A stretch of DNA of 52,569 nt from Fidelibacterota bacterium (GTDB lineage: Bacteria; Fidelibacterota; UBA2242): positions 1 through 52,569 of the forward strand of contig JAGHBC010000083.1 of NCBI GenBank assembly GCA_021161185.1, read 5' to 3'. Below the pieces are notes generated by a model. It worked only from the letters and a program-made list of their open reading frames with translations. It was not told the DNA's origin and did not search any database. The translations under genes were made by a program, and so were the position numbers. Positions 41,056-50,958 of the stretch are shown here, piece after piece. Numbering within the stretch: the stretch's first letter is position 1; each line of letters starts with the position of its first letter.

Positions 41056-41922
41056 ATGAAGAAGTTATTTCGTGAATACATATCAGCCCTGAAGCCATTA
41101 CCCGTTGAAGGTATCTCGGATCTGATTCTCTTCAGACCACTTGGATTTCTCCTTATGAAAATTCTCTATCTCTTCCCAATCACACCAAACCAAGTCTCTG
41201 TTTCTGCAATGACAACCGGAATCTTGTGCGGCGTCTGTCTTTCCCTGGGTACTCCCCAAAGTTTTCTATTTGCCGGAATATTTTACGGAATTACCCATTT
41301 GCTGGATTGTACCGACGGCATGCTGGCTCGATTTAAAAAAAACGGGACTCCAACCGGTCGAATTATTGACGGTCTTATTGATTATGTTAACGGAATAGCA
41401 ATCTTCCTCGGTCTCGGAATCGGTGTGACTCGCATGGACCTGTCCCTGCCCATACCAGTCTGGTTGGCTGCGGCTCTGGCAGCGATTTCAATGGCGTTTC
41501 ACAGCATCTTGGTTGACTATTACCGCGGTCATTTTTTACTACATGCGCTTGGTACATTTAATACTCTCGATGATGAAATTGCTGAATTCACGACCGAGCT
41601 GGAAAAATTGAAGCGGCAAAACACCCGCCCGATCGCGCAAAAACTAATTACCATCTACCTGGGTTATTGCAGGATACAAAAGAAATTTTCCGGAAAACCG
41701 CGCAAATACAAGGCGCAACAGTATTATCAGGCCAATAAACATTTACTGCTTTTATGGTCGCCCGTCGATTTGTCAACCCACGCCCTTGTTTTAATTGTCT
41801 CGGCTATTCTCTATAAACCGGAAATTTTCCTGATTTATACAATTTTATTTGCCAATCTCGGTATTCTACTGATTGCTCCGGTACAGAACGCCATAAATAA
41901 AAAAATTGAAATTATTTCATGA
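41056..41922 (+). CDS. CDP-alcohol phosphatidyltransferase family protein
   Basis: Exact motif D-x2-DG-x2-AR-x8-G-x3-D-x3-D in LLDCTDGMLARFKKNGTPTGRIIDGLIDYV (about 41305-41385). Polytopic membrane protein. Start moved to MKKLFREY (ATG 41056), 8 nt after the GNAT stop. Confidence 0.8.
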   Translation: MKKLFREYISALKPLPVEGISDLILFRPLGFLLMKILYLFPITPNQVSVSAMTTGILCGVCLSLGTPQSFLFAGIFYGITHLLDCTDGMLARFKKNGTPTGRIIDGLIDYVNGIAIFLGLGIGVTRMDLSLPIPVWLAAALAAISMAFHSILVDYYRGHFLLHALGTFNTLDDEIAEFTTELEKLKRQNTRPIAQKLITIYLGYCRIQKKFSGKPRKYKAQQYYQANKHLLLLWSPVDLSTHALVLIVSAILYKPEIFLIYTILFANLGILLIAPVQNAINKKIEIIS

Positions 41923-42947
41923 CTGCACTACAGATAAACAGCTCCAAAAATGAACGGTCACTGAACATTTTGGTCACCGGCGCTACCGGTTTCATCGGGA
42001 GGCAGCTTGTTCCCGCGCTTCTCCAAAAAGGTTATACCGTCAGTTGCCTGGCAAGAAGCACCAGTCACCGACCAGACAATTTTAGTGATTCCGTCCACTG
42101 GGTTCTCGGAGATTTGCTTGATAAACAATCACTCGTTGAGGCATGCGGCGGGGTTGACGCCGTTGTCCATTTGGGCGGAGCAATTAAGGCTTCCGACGCC
42201 AAAATGTTTTTTTCAATAAATGTCGACGGCACCCGCAACATTCTCGAAGCATTGGTCCAAGCCGGAAATCCATACGCTCGTTTTATCTATTTCAGCTCTC
42301 AGGCTGCTTTGGGACCGGCGCCAACACCGAAGCCGTTGACCGAAGAATCCAAATCACACCCTGTTTCGGCTTACGGTCGGAGCAAATTTCAAGCGGAGCA
42401 AATTGTGCAGGAATATAACAAACAGTTGCGTTGTGTCATTCTGCGCCCCTCCGTTGTTTACGGACCCGGCGACCGGGAGTCATTGGCTTTTTTCAAAATG
42501 GCAAAATTTCACATAAATCCCAGAATCGGTTTCAAACCAAAATATATTGATATAATCCATGTTGAGGATTTAGTACAGATCGTTCTATCTGTTCTTAAAG
42601 AGGACATCAAATCCGGAGAAATATTTAATATAAACGACGGTCAAAACAGCGGCTATTCAGAAAATGCCGTCGTCAATCACGCTGCCGAAGCTCTTAAAAC
42701 ATGGACGATTCCGGTATATATTCCTCTGCTCATTCTAAAAATCTTGGCTCTCTTCAACGGTACTCTTTCAAAAATCTCCGGCCGCAGCGCCATGTTCAAT
42801 TCCGATAAATATCGAGAGATTGCAGCGCAATATTGGCTCTTTTCCTCGGAAAAAGCCAGAGCGACTTTAGGATATACACCTAAATATAATATAGAAAAAG
42901 GCTTTTCAATGACAGCTTTGTGGTATAAGAAACATAAATGGCTATGA
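41919..42947 (+). CDS. NAD(P)-dependent epimerase/dehydratase (extended SDR)
   Basis: VTGATGFIGRQL Rossmann motif and catalytic YGRSK (YxxxK). 4-nt overlap with the upstream gene. Confidence 0.8.
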   Translation: MTALQINSSKNERSLNILVTGATGFIGRQLVPALLQKGYTVSCLARSTSHRPDNFSDSVHWVLGDLLDKQSLVEACGGVDAVVHLGGAIKASDAKMFFSINVDGTRNILEALVQAGNPYARFIYFSSQAALGPAPTPKPLTEESKSHPVSAYGRSKFQAEQIVQEYNKQLRCVILRPSVVYGPGDRESLAFFKMAKFHINPRIGFKPKYIDIIHVEDLVQIVLSVLKEDIKSGEIFNINDGQNSGYSENAVVNHAAEALKTWTIPVYIPLLILKILALFNGTLSKISGRSAMFNSDKYREIAAQYWLFSSEKARATLGYTPKYNIEKGFSMTALWYKKHKWL

Positions 42948-43189
42948 AAACCATTTTACGCTTTCAACATCGTCTCAAACAGGGAATTTTCCCGGTTGAT
43001 TATTTTGTCTTATTCTATGGTTTACTCATGGCTGTTATTTCACTCGTTTTTTATCAAACTCTTGCTGAACCACTGTTGTTTTTAACTCTCAACCTTACAA
43101 CTATTGCCCTTTTGTTATATCTTATTTATTACGAAAACCGGGATTTAGGGAGGGTGCATTACTGGATACACACCTGGCTGCCGATATGA
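42938..43189 (+). CDS. Membrane protein, probable N-terminal portion of a split PAP2/sphingomyelin-synthase-like gene
   Basis: Two TM helices, ends ...HYWIHTWLPI*. The next ORF continues with FYYTQS...FDPVLQHWENLLFGFQ, which in my recollection of PAP2_3-type proteins forms one continuous block (W.P....FY....FDP.L...E..LFG.Q). Confidence 0.5.
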   Translation: MAMKTILRFQHRLKQGIFPVDYFVLFYGLLMAVISLVFYQTLAEPLLFLTLNLTTIALLLYLIYYENRDLGRVHYWIHTWLPI

Positions 43190-43551
43190 TTTTTATGTTC
43201 TACTACACCCAAAGCACATTTTTTGACAATCTGATTTTTAACGAGACCTTTGATCCGGTTTTGCAACACTGGGAAAATCTCTTATTCGGATTTCAGGGCG
43301 GCGGCGCTTTCCCCGGTACCCATGTGACTACAAGCGTCATTATATTTCTTTATAGTTTTAATGAATTTAAAACCAAACGCCGGCTGATTCTATTATGGGC
43401 CATCGGAATTATCATTGCAACAGTCTATTGTAGCTATCATTACGCCGTTGACGCCATAGCCGGATTAATTACCGGCACAATGTTTTATTTTATTGGTAGG
43501 TACCTGTATTCTACATGGGATCACCCGGCGGAGCCACCGGCTGAATTGTGA
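43186..43551 (+). CDS. PAP2 / lipid phosphate phosphotransferase-like membrane protein (C-terminal portion)
   Basis: FPGTHV (C2-like SGH motif) and CSYHYAVDAIAGLITG (HYxxD C3 motif, as in the PAP2_3 / SMS-like family). ATGA overlap with the previous ORF in a different frame. Confidence 0.55.
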   Translation: MIFMFYYTQSTFFDNLIFNETFDPVLQHWENLLFGFQGGGAFPGTHVTTSVIIFLYSFNEFKTKRRLILLWAIGIIIATVYCSYHYAVDAIAGLITGTMFYFIGRYLYSTWDHPAEPPAEL

Positions 43552-44767
43552 TTTCCAAGATTGTGCGGTTAGTGGCTTTGCTGATTACCAAATCCATATC
43601 GGGCAAACGAACTTTTTCACCATTTTTCGGAATTCGTTTCATAGTATTAATCACAAATCCCCCCACTGTTTCATAATCCCCTTCGGGAATTTTCAGGCTG
43701 AAGCGGTCATTAAAATCATCGACCGGCATTCTGCCGTTTATAATAATTTTTCCATCTTCCCGAATCGTATACATCCGCTCAATTTCATCGTATTCATCAT
43801 CAATATTACCGACAACCTCTTCGAGAATATCTTCAACGGTAACAATTCCCTCGGCACCACCGAATTCGTCCACAACGATAGCCATACTCTTGGCATTATT
43901 CTGCAATCTTTCCAACAGATCGGCGGCACCTATACCCGGCGGAATATAGTAAGCCGCCCGGACAAAGGGTTTTATGCTTTTACCGGGATTTTCACCCAGT
44001 ATATCAAAGCTGTTTAATATTCCGGTAATTTTATCGATCCTGTCCCGATAAATTGGCAGGCGACGGTGTTTCGTTCGGACAAAGACCTCGAGTGCTTCGC
44101 TGATAGTGGCTTTTTCGCTTAAAGCCGCGACATCGATCAGAGGCACCATGATCCCGCTGGCTTCGGTCTCCGTAAAATGCAACAGCCGGTTGATCATCTT
44201 GCGTTCAGCCGGTTTCACATCTCCCTTATCGTGCTTCATATTCATCAGCAACTTAAGCTCTTCTTTGCTGACAAACCGATGCTCTTCATTCAATTTGACC
44301 CCGCCGAATATGACCGCCAATAATCCGGCAAGCTTTGAAAACACCCAAATCAAGGGAAAAAAGATTACCATAAACAGGCGTAAGGCAAAAATTATCCGAG
44401 GCGTAATTTGGTTGCTAAGTTGCTGAAAAATACTTTTGGGCACAATCTCGGCTAAAACCAGATTGATAAATGACATTACCACAATGGAGATTAGAATCCC
44501 GATTTCTCCCAGCCATAGGTAAAATTGTGAGGCTGCCAAAGTGGTGCTGAAAACAGTACACAGATTTGTGCCAAGCAGTGTTGTTCCCAGGATCCACTCC
44601 GGGTTGTTTAACATTTCCAGAACCCGCCGATAAGAACGGTGCCCGGTTTTTGCCATATGGCGGACATGGAGGCGGTCAACGGACACAATTGCAATCTCCG
44701 ACCCGGAGAAAAAAGCCTCTCCAAGCACACACAGCACAATGATTAAGATGGAAATAAAGACAGACAT
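43511..44767 (-). CDS. CNNM/CorC-type transporter (DUF21 - CBS pair - CorC_HlyC)
   Basis: N-terminal DUF21 (EAFFSGSEIAIVS), a CBS pair, and a C-terminal TVGGFVINTMKRIPKNGEKV block. Confidence 0.85.
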   Translation of the reverse strand: MSVFISILIIVLCVLGEAFFSGSEIAIVSVDRLHVRHMAKTGHRSYRRVLEMLNNPEWILGTTLLGTNLCTVFSTTLAASQFYLWLGEIGILISIVVMSFINLVLAEIVPKSIFQQLSNQITPRIIFALRLFMVIFFPLIWVFSKLAGLLAVIFGGVKLNEEHRFVSKEELKLLMNMKHDKGDVKPAERKMINRLLHFTETEASGIMVPLIDVAALSEKATISEALEVFVRTKHRRLPIYRDRIDKITGILNSFDILGENPGKSIKPFVRAAYYIPPGIGAADLLERLQNNAKSMAIVVDEFGGAEGIVTVEDILEEVVGNIDDEYDEIERMYTIREDGKIIINGRMPVDDFNDRFSLKIPEGDYETVGGFVINTMKRIPKNGEKVRLPDMDLVISKATNRTILEITIQPVAPPGDPM

Positions 44768-46020
44768 TATTTCTTTCTTACCATAAGAGAGTCAATCCGG
44801 TTATTACTGATTTTTTCCACCGTGAAATGCAGCCCCTGATATTCGATTGTGTCCCTGACTTTGGGCAGTTCACCAAACAGGGTAAAAATAAACCCACCGA
44901 CTGTTTCAACATCTTCCGAATACAACTCTGATCCTAACAATTCGTTAAATTCCTCGAGAGACATGTTGGCGTTAATCCGAAACAACCGCTCGTTGAGCTT
45001 TTCGTGCTGGTTAGTATCGTCTTCAAATTCATCGGTGATCTCACCAAAAATCACCTCTAGTAAATCCTCCATACTGACCAGCCCCTGAACACCGCCGTAC
45101 TCATCCAGTACAATGGCGACAGAAATCTTGCGCCGCTGCATCGTTTGAAAAAGCATATCCGCCCGCTTACTGACCGGCACAAAATAGGGTTTGCGCAGAA
45201 TTCTGCGCAGTGTTTCATCGGATCGGGCTATTTCTTCATCCGTTAACCCCACGAGATCGGTAGCAAATAAGATTCCGATGATATTGTCTCTGTTTTCATG
45301 ATAAACCGGCACTTTGGAAAAATGTTTTTCTTTGATTGCCGAAATCATTTCTCTCAGGGGCATATCATCGGGCAGATAAAACATATTCACACGAGGAGTC
45401 ATGACATCTTTCAGGCTAATGTCGCCAAAATCAAATATTTTATAAATATATTCTTTTTCCAACGAATCAATAATACCCTCTTTTTCACCCTCTTCAACAA
45501 TTGTCTTAATGACGTCTTCGGTTAAAATACTACCGGTACGCGACGATTCATCGACAAATAATGCTGTAATACGATCTGAAATAACAAGCATAAACCAACG
45601 GACCGGCGCAATGATCCTTGAAAAGCGATATAATAATCCCGCAACAATTACAGAAAACTTTTCATTTTTCTTGATGGCGATTGTTTTTGGCGTCAATTCC
45701 CCCAACAACAGTAAAACCGGCAAGACAATAACGACATTTACCCAGGGAACATCTTCTCCAAAGAATTGGATGACCAGGACCGCTGATATAGAAGAGATGG
45801 ATATATTGACAAATTCATTGCCCAGTAAAATGGAAATGATCAGACGGCGGGGACGCTCTAGTAATTTCTCCACCAGGCGCCCTTTGTGCCCCTTTGACAA
45901 GGATAATTTCTCAACCTGAACCCGGGACAGGGAAAACAGGGCTGTTTCCGAACCCGAAAAAAAACCGGATAACAGCAATAGAATCAACAGTAAGACGATT
46001 TTAGCGTAAAAGACAACCAT
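44767..46020 (-). CDS. CNNM/CorC-type transporter paralogue (DUF21 - CBS pair - CorC_HlyC)
   Basis: FFSGSETALFSLSR, a CBS pair, and ETVGGFIFTLFGELPKVRD. Start moved to MVVFYAKIV (46020). 1-nt overlap with the downstream paralogue. Confidence 0.8.
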   Translation of the reverse strand: MVVFYAKIVLLLILLLLSGFFSGSETALFSLSRVQVEKLSLSKGHKGRLVEKLLERPRRLIISILLGNEFVNISISSISAVLVIQFFGEDVPWVNVVIVLPVLLLLGELTPKTIAIKKNEKFSVIVAGLLYRFSRIIAPVRWFMLVISDRITALFVDESSRTGSILTEDVIKTIVEEGEKEGIIDSLEKEYIYKIFDFGDISLKDVMTPRVNMFYLPDDMPLREMISAIKEKHFSKVPVYHENRDNIIGILFATDLVGLTDEEIARSDETLRRILRKPYFVPVSKRADMLFQTMQRRKISVAIVLDEYGGVQGLVSMEDLLEVIFGEITDEFEDDTNQHEKLNERLFRINANMSLEEFNELLGSELYSEDVETVGGFIFTLFGELPKVRDTIEYQGLHFTVEKISNNRIDSLMVRKK

Positions 46021-46185
46021 AACAAACTTTGCGAGCAAGTAATTTCTACTAATGTAATTTACATCTACGTTTCTATTTTCCCAAATGATCCCGGAGAAAG
46101 CAACCATCAAATTTCTTGATTTTCCTTCTTTTAATACGGAAATTACTTTCTAATGTTAATGTGCATATCATAACCCGGAGATTAT

Positions 46186-47727
46186 ATGATCAAATTGCGC
46201 AATATTCAACTCCCGCTACTATCAACTCTGCTGATTTTTAGCATAAAATGTGCAACGGTTCAATCCCCGGCTACCATACCATCAAAAGCAGACACTGTTC
46301 AAAAACCGATTGTCGTCAATTTCCTGCACTGGAATGATTTTCACAGCGCCAACATTCCATATAAATCAAACTGGGGACGCACGAAAGGTATGGATATCGG
46401 CGGTTATGCGACACTGGCGGGCTATATTGATTCATTAAAAACAATTTATCCCGGCGCCCTCGTTCTTAACGCCGGTGATGACTTTCAGGGATCTCCAATA
46501 TCTGCTTTAACCAAAGGTATGTCCCAAATTCTGATATTAAATCAGATAAAGCCGTCGGCTTTTACAATCGGGAATCACGAATTCGATTACGGAATTGAAA
46601 ACTTAAAGAAATCCATTCAAGCCGCCGATTTTGACATAATTTCCTGTAATTTGTACGACTCAACCAAAATGTCATTGCTCGTCAAACCCTATAAAATTAT
46701 CAAATCAAACGGAGCGCGTATTGGTGTGATCGGGCTGATTTTAGAAGATTTAAAATCGACGGTACTGCCGGACAACATGAAAGGTCTGGCAACTCTTAAC
46801 CCGGCGGAAAGTATCATGAAATATGTCGAAGAAATTCAGGACAAAACAGATCTCATCGTGGTGCTTAGCCATAACGGCTTTCAGGAAGACAGCATTTTGG
46901 CAACGAAGCTGCAAGAAGTTGATGCTATTTTCGGGGGACATTCTCACACGCGGCTCTATCAACCGGTCAAGGTCAATAATATTTTGGTTTGCCAGGCGGG
47001 CGCCCGTGGTCAATTTCTGGGACACTTGAATGCGACCGTCAATCCGCAAAGCAAATCCATTACGGATTATCGGTACAATTTAATCGAAACAGTTGTTGGC
47101 GCCGTTACACCATCGCCGGCTGTCGGCCGTGTGGTTGATTCACTTGAATCTATGATCGCGGGAGAAATGAACAAAGTTATCGGCAAATTGAAAAGTCCCT
47201 GGATTTGTAACAGCCGGGGCGAATCGAATATCGGGAACTGGATTGCCGATGCGACCCGCGCCTATTTTCAGACCGACATCGCCTTTCAAAACAGCGGTGG
47301 AATACGTAAAGGTTTAGCCGCCGGTCCGATTACCATGCGGGACATCTGGGAAATTTCGCCTTTTGATAATACCATCGTGATTGTTAGGGTGACCGGTACC
47401 CAACTATTAAATATTCTGGATTGGCGCATCAAAAATCCACGAGACTTACTCCAAACCTCCGGATTAACCCGGTCTTACAACACTAAAAATAACACCCTGA
47501 TTGAAGCGACCGTGAACGGCAATCCAATTATACCTGACAAAATCTATACTATCGCGACCAACAATTATATTCTGGGTCATATCAAGCGTTTCTTTGGCTT
47601 GTCGGAAAAAGATGTCCTTGTCGAAGACACCGGCGTTATCGGCCGCGACATCCTCCTGCTCGCCGTTAAAAAACAGAAAATAATCGACAGTAAGATAGAA
47701 GGGAGGCTTATTTTCACGGCAAAATAG
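46186..47727 (+). CDS. Bifunctional metallophosphatase / 5'-nucleotidase (UshA-like)
   Basis: Signal peptide. Motifs HWNDFH, NAGDDFQGSP, GNHEFDYG and GGHSHT. C-terminal 5'-nucleotidase domain (NSGGIRKGL...). Confidence 0.85.
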   Translation: MIKLRNIQLPLLSTLLIFSIKCATVQSPATIPSKADTVQKPIVVNFLHWNDFHSANIPYKSNWGRTKGMDIGGYATLAGYIDSLKTIYPGALVLNAGDDFQGSPISALTKGMSQILILNQIKPSAFTIGNHEFDYGIENLKKSIQAADFDIISCNLYDSTKMSLLVKPYKIIKSNGARIGVIGLILEDLKSTVLPDNMKGLATLNPAESIMKYVEEIQDKTDLIVVLSHNGFQEDSILATKLQEVDAIFGGHSHTRLYQPVKVNNILVCQAGARGQFLGHLNATVNPQSKSITDYRYNLIETVVGAVTPSPAVGRVVDSLESMIAGEMNKVIGKLKSPWICNSRGESNIGNWIADATRAYFQTDIAFQNSGGIRKGLAAGPITMRDIWEISPFDNTIVIVRVTGTQLLNILDWRIKNPRDLLQTSGLTRSYNTKNNTLIEATVNGNPIIPDKIYTIATNNYILGHIKRFFGLSEKDVLVEDTGVIGRDILLLAVKKQKIIDSKIEGRLIFTAK

Positions 47728-47917
47728 ACCGCAAAATCTATGTCCGCTATACTTTTAAAATATTCGGAGTTTTCTTAAATTTCTTTCTCCTGAAAACGAA
47801 GAAATTATTTGACTTTTTGATAAAATAACATTTACATTTCAAGGCTTTTTAAGAGTGAGTTTAAAAGCCCACAAGGGGTCCAGCTTTTAAAACATTTTCC
47901 TCAGGGAATTTAACTAT

Positions 47918-47991
47918 GGTGGGTGTAGCTCAGGTGGTAGAGCGACAGGTTGTGGCCCTGTTGGCCGCGGGTTCAAGTCCCGTCACTCACC
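47918..47991 (+). tRNA. tRNA-His (GTG)
   Basis: Manual cloverleaf. Extra 5' G(-1) pairs with C73; acceptor GTGGGTG/CACTCAC (one G-U pair); anticodon arm ACAGG-TTGTGGC-CCTGT; T-loop GGTTCAAGTCC. No encoded CCA. Confidence 0.85.
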
Positions 47992-48002
47992 CGATCTTTC
48001 AT

Positions 48003-48074
48003 GGCGCTATCGTCTAGTGGTTAGGACACAGGATTTTCATTCCTGTAACCGGGGTTCAATTCCCCGTGGCGCTA
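48003..48074 (+). tRNA. tRNA-Glu (TTC)
   Basis: Manual cloverleaf. D-arm GTCT-AGTGGTTA-GGAC; anticodon arm CAGGA-TTTTCAT-TCCTG; T-arm CGGGG-TTCAATT-CCCCG; the acceptor has two G-U pairs. No encoded CCA. Confidence 0.8.
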
Positions 48075-48251
48075 CAAGTTTTACAAGCTTTTCAAAATAA
48101 CCCCACGCAAGCGCGGTTTTTATTTACCCAGATTTTCAAATAAATCCCACTTTATTGTTGAAAACCATTAAAAAAGGGGTTATTATCGTTACATAATGAT
48201 GATAGCCAACATTTTAATTTCAAATAATTTTAAACATACCCAAAAAGAACG

Positions 48252-48833
48252 GTGGAGCCGATGATTTTTGCCCGTTTCATTTCAACAGTATTACACCCTT
48301 TTATTGTTGCGCCGGTTACCTTTTTTCTGCTGCTGCAAAATAGCGATCTTCCAACACTAAATCGTATTATTATTTTTTCCGTGGCTTCCATAGCGGCGGT
48401 TTTTTTGCCGTTGATCCACGTCTATTTAATGAAGCGCCGGGGACATACCTCCGGTCTGGATATTCCAGAAAGAGAAAAACGGATTTCTCCATTTGTTGTC
48501 AGTATTATCAATTATTCCCTCGCCCTGATTGTGATCTGGTTGTTGCGGGGACCGAAATCCTTAATAATTTTAATGTGGGCTTACGTGTTTAACACAATCG
48601 TTGCCACCCTGATCACAAAATATTGGAAGATCAGCATCCACGGCATGGCTCTGGGGGGACCAATCGCTGCGCTTGGACAGGCCATTTCCTTACAGTTCTA
48701 CTGGTTTATACCCTCCGTATTTTTTATGCTTTATTCCCGTGTAAAACTAAATGCTCATACTCCTATGCAGGTGTTGGTGGGGTTCTTTTTAGGCTTTTTT
48801 CTAACCGTAACACATTATAAATTATTGGCGTAA
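48252..48833 (+). CDS. Polytopic membrane protein, PAP2-superfamily-like
   Basis: KISIHGM (C2-like) and SRVKLNAHTPMQVLVG (C3-like SRx5Hx3[D>Q]) are spaced by TM helices. No clear C1 motif. Confidence 0.4.
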   Translation: MEPMIFARFISTVLHPFIVAPVTFFLLLQNSDLPTLNRIIIFSVASIAAVFLPLIHVYLMKRRGHTSGLDIPEREKRISPFVVSIINYSLALIVIWLLRGPKSLIILMWAYVFNTIVATLITKYWKISIHGMALGGPIAALGQAISLQFYWFIPSVFFMLYSRVKLNAHTPMQVLVGFFLGFFLTVTHYKLLA

Positions 48834-48835
48834 TT

Positions 48836-50077
48836 ATGAAAAACAACGATGTATTGGCAGTTATTCTCGGTGGCGGTAAAGGCTCGCGTCTTTTTCCCCT
48901 AACCAAATACCGGGCTAAGCCGGCAGTCCCCTTTGGCGGCAAATTTCGGATTATCGATGTTCCAATCAGCAATTGTTTAAACAGCGGGTTCGACAAGATC
49001 TTTGTTTTAACCCAATTCAATACCGAATCACTGCACCGCCATATCTACAGTACCTATCGGCTGGGGCGTTTTTGTGAGGGTTTTGTGGATATCCTGGCAG
49101 CCCAGCAAACCCTCGAAAACATGGACTGGTATCAGGGCACAGCCGACGCGGTTCGTCAAAATCTTTCTTATATTAAAGAGACTAACGCCAAATATACGAT
49201 TATCCTCAGCGGCGATCATCTCTACCGCATGAACTATAATGAATTTTTGAATACCCACATTCAAAGTAACGCCGATATAAGCATATCCGTTAAACCGGTA
49301 GCGCGTAAAGAGGCGTCGGAATTCGGGATACTCCAAATCGATGAGTTAAACCAAGTTAAAAATTTTATGGAGAAACCCTCGGGAGCGCTCCTCGAATCCA
49401 TCAAAAGCCCCGGGCTTCCCCCAGAAACACCTTTTTTAGCCTCTATGGGCATCTATATTTTTACCACACAAACGCTTATCAACATTCTAAATGAAAATAC
49501 AAGCGCTGATTTCGGGAAGCATATTATCCCCGAATCTATTGGCAAACTGCGTATAATCACCCACCAATTCCAGGGTTACTGGCGCGATATTGGAACCATA
49601 GCTGCGTTTTTTCACGCCAACCTCGAACTCACTTCGCTAAAACCGCCTTTTACTCTCTATGACACTAAATTTCCAATATATACGCGGGCCAGATCCCTTT
49701 CGGGCTCCCGGATAGATAATTGTCACATGAAACACACCCTTCTGGCGGACGGCTGCTTCATTGAAAAGAGCACGATAAAAAATGCCGTCATCGGGATACG
49801 TACTTTGATTTCACAAAACACCGAAATCGAAAATTGCGTCATTATGGGAGCCGATTACTACGATTCAAACATCGTTAAAAACACTCTTTCTGTCGGAATT
49901 GGTGAAAATTGTATTATCCGTAATGCCATTATTGATAAAAACGCCCGAATCGGGAACAACGTAAAAATCATGAATGTCAACAAAAAAAACAATTTTGACG
50001 GCACACTATTCTATATCCGGGATGGTATTGTCGTAATTCCTAAAAACACAATTATACAAGACGATACCGTGATATAA
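48836..50077 (+). CDS. glgC: Glucose-1-phosphate adenylyltransferase
   Basis: AVILGGGKGSRLFPLTKYRAKPAVPFGGKFRIIDVPISNCLNSG, WYQGTADAV, SGDHLYRMNY, ASMGIYIF and GYWRDIGT. Confidence 0.9.
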   Translation: MKNNDVLAVILGGGKGSRLFPLTKYRAKPAVPFGGKFRIIDVPISNCLNSGFDKIFVLTQFNTESLHRHIYSTYRLGRFCEGFVDILAAQQTLENMDWYQGTADAVRQNLSYIKETNAKYTIILSGDHLYRMNYNEFLNTHIQSNADISISVKPVARKEASEFGILQIDELNQVKNFMEKPSGALLESIKSPGLPPETPFLASMGIYIFTTQTLINILNENTSADFGKHIIPESIGKLRIITHQFQGYWRDIGTIAAFFHANLELTSLKPPFTLYDTKFPIYTRARSLSGSRIDNCHMKHTLLADGCFIEKSTIKNAVIGIRTLISQNTEIENCVIMGADYYDSNIVKNTLSVGIGENCIIRNAIIDKNARIGNNVKIMNVNKKNNFDGTLFYIRDGIVVIPKNTIIQDDTVI

Positions 50078-50096
50078 AATTAATGAGGCGCTAATT

Positions 50097-50906
50097 ATGA
50101 TTAGAAGCTTTAACCCAAACCAGACCGTTCTCTTCCCTGAATTGTTTTCCAATCACGATCTGCCTTCTATAACGACTCTACCGGAATATGATAACGCTTT
50201 AAAAAACTTTATTAAACTCTCGGATTTTGGCGCATTTCTCGAAATTAATTTTATCGGCATCGATAAATCCTATTCTATTTCACCGCATGAAATCCAGATT
50301 CCACGGAAATATTTAGCGGTAAAAACCGATACCGGCTCGCCAGCATTGCACCTTTTTCCCATAAACATTCGCAATCATCTCAACCGGTTGAAATACGACG
50401 TCCGCTCATTCTTTAATAAAACTAACAGCATCAAGACCTCCTTCGGGTATTTTCTGTTCCGGCAATATTTTCATCTGTGGGACAGCCATAAACAGCAATT
50501 TATGTCCAATCTAAGCGACTATTTAAATCTGGAAATCGGCGCAACGGTTTATCAGAATTACTTTATGCATATCTGGTCCGAGGGTTCGCGTTGGTTAAAA
50601 GACCATTTAAAGCGTAAATACCGCCATCTCTTACCGCCCAACGACCTGAACTTAATTGAGAAAAAAAGATCTCAATTACAAAAAACTAGTGTTACTCTGT
50701 CCCAATTAGATCGCGATGACCCCGAATACTTTTTTCACTGTTTAGTATTAAAAACCGCTCATATTCCAATCCGGCTTTCTGATTATATCGACGGCATAGC
50801 AATTCATTCAACCTTCAAAACCATTCACCTGGAACATTTAAAGGACATTGATATCGAAACCATCGAAGATATAACCCGCTTACTTGAATCATTTTCAAAA
50901 CAATAA
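50097..50906 (+). CDS. Hypothetical protein (269 aa)
   Basis: Long ORF in the same orientation as its neighbours. No motif recognised. Confidence 0.5.
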   Translation: MIRSFNPNQTVLFPELFSNHDLPSITTLPEYDNALKNFIKLSDFGAFLEINFIGIDKSYSISPHEIQIPRKYLAVKTDTGSPALHLFPINIRNHLNRLKYDVRSFFNKTNSIKTSFGYFLFRQYFHLWDSHKQQFMSNLSDYLNLEIGATVYQNYFMHIWSEGSRWLKDHLKRKYRHLLPPNDLNLIEKKRSQLQKTSVTLSQLDRDDPEYFFHCLVLKTAHIPIRLSDYIDGIAIHSTFKTIHLEHLKDIDIETIEDITRLLESFSKQ

Positions 50907-50958
50907 ATCATCCGATAATGTTACCTTGATAAATACCTATCCACAAAATGCGCAAGAA

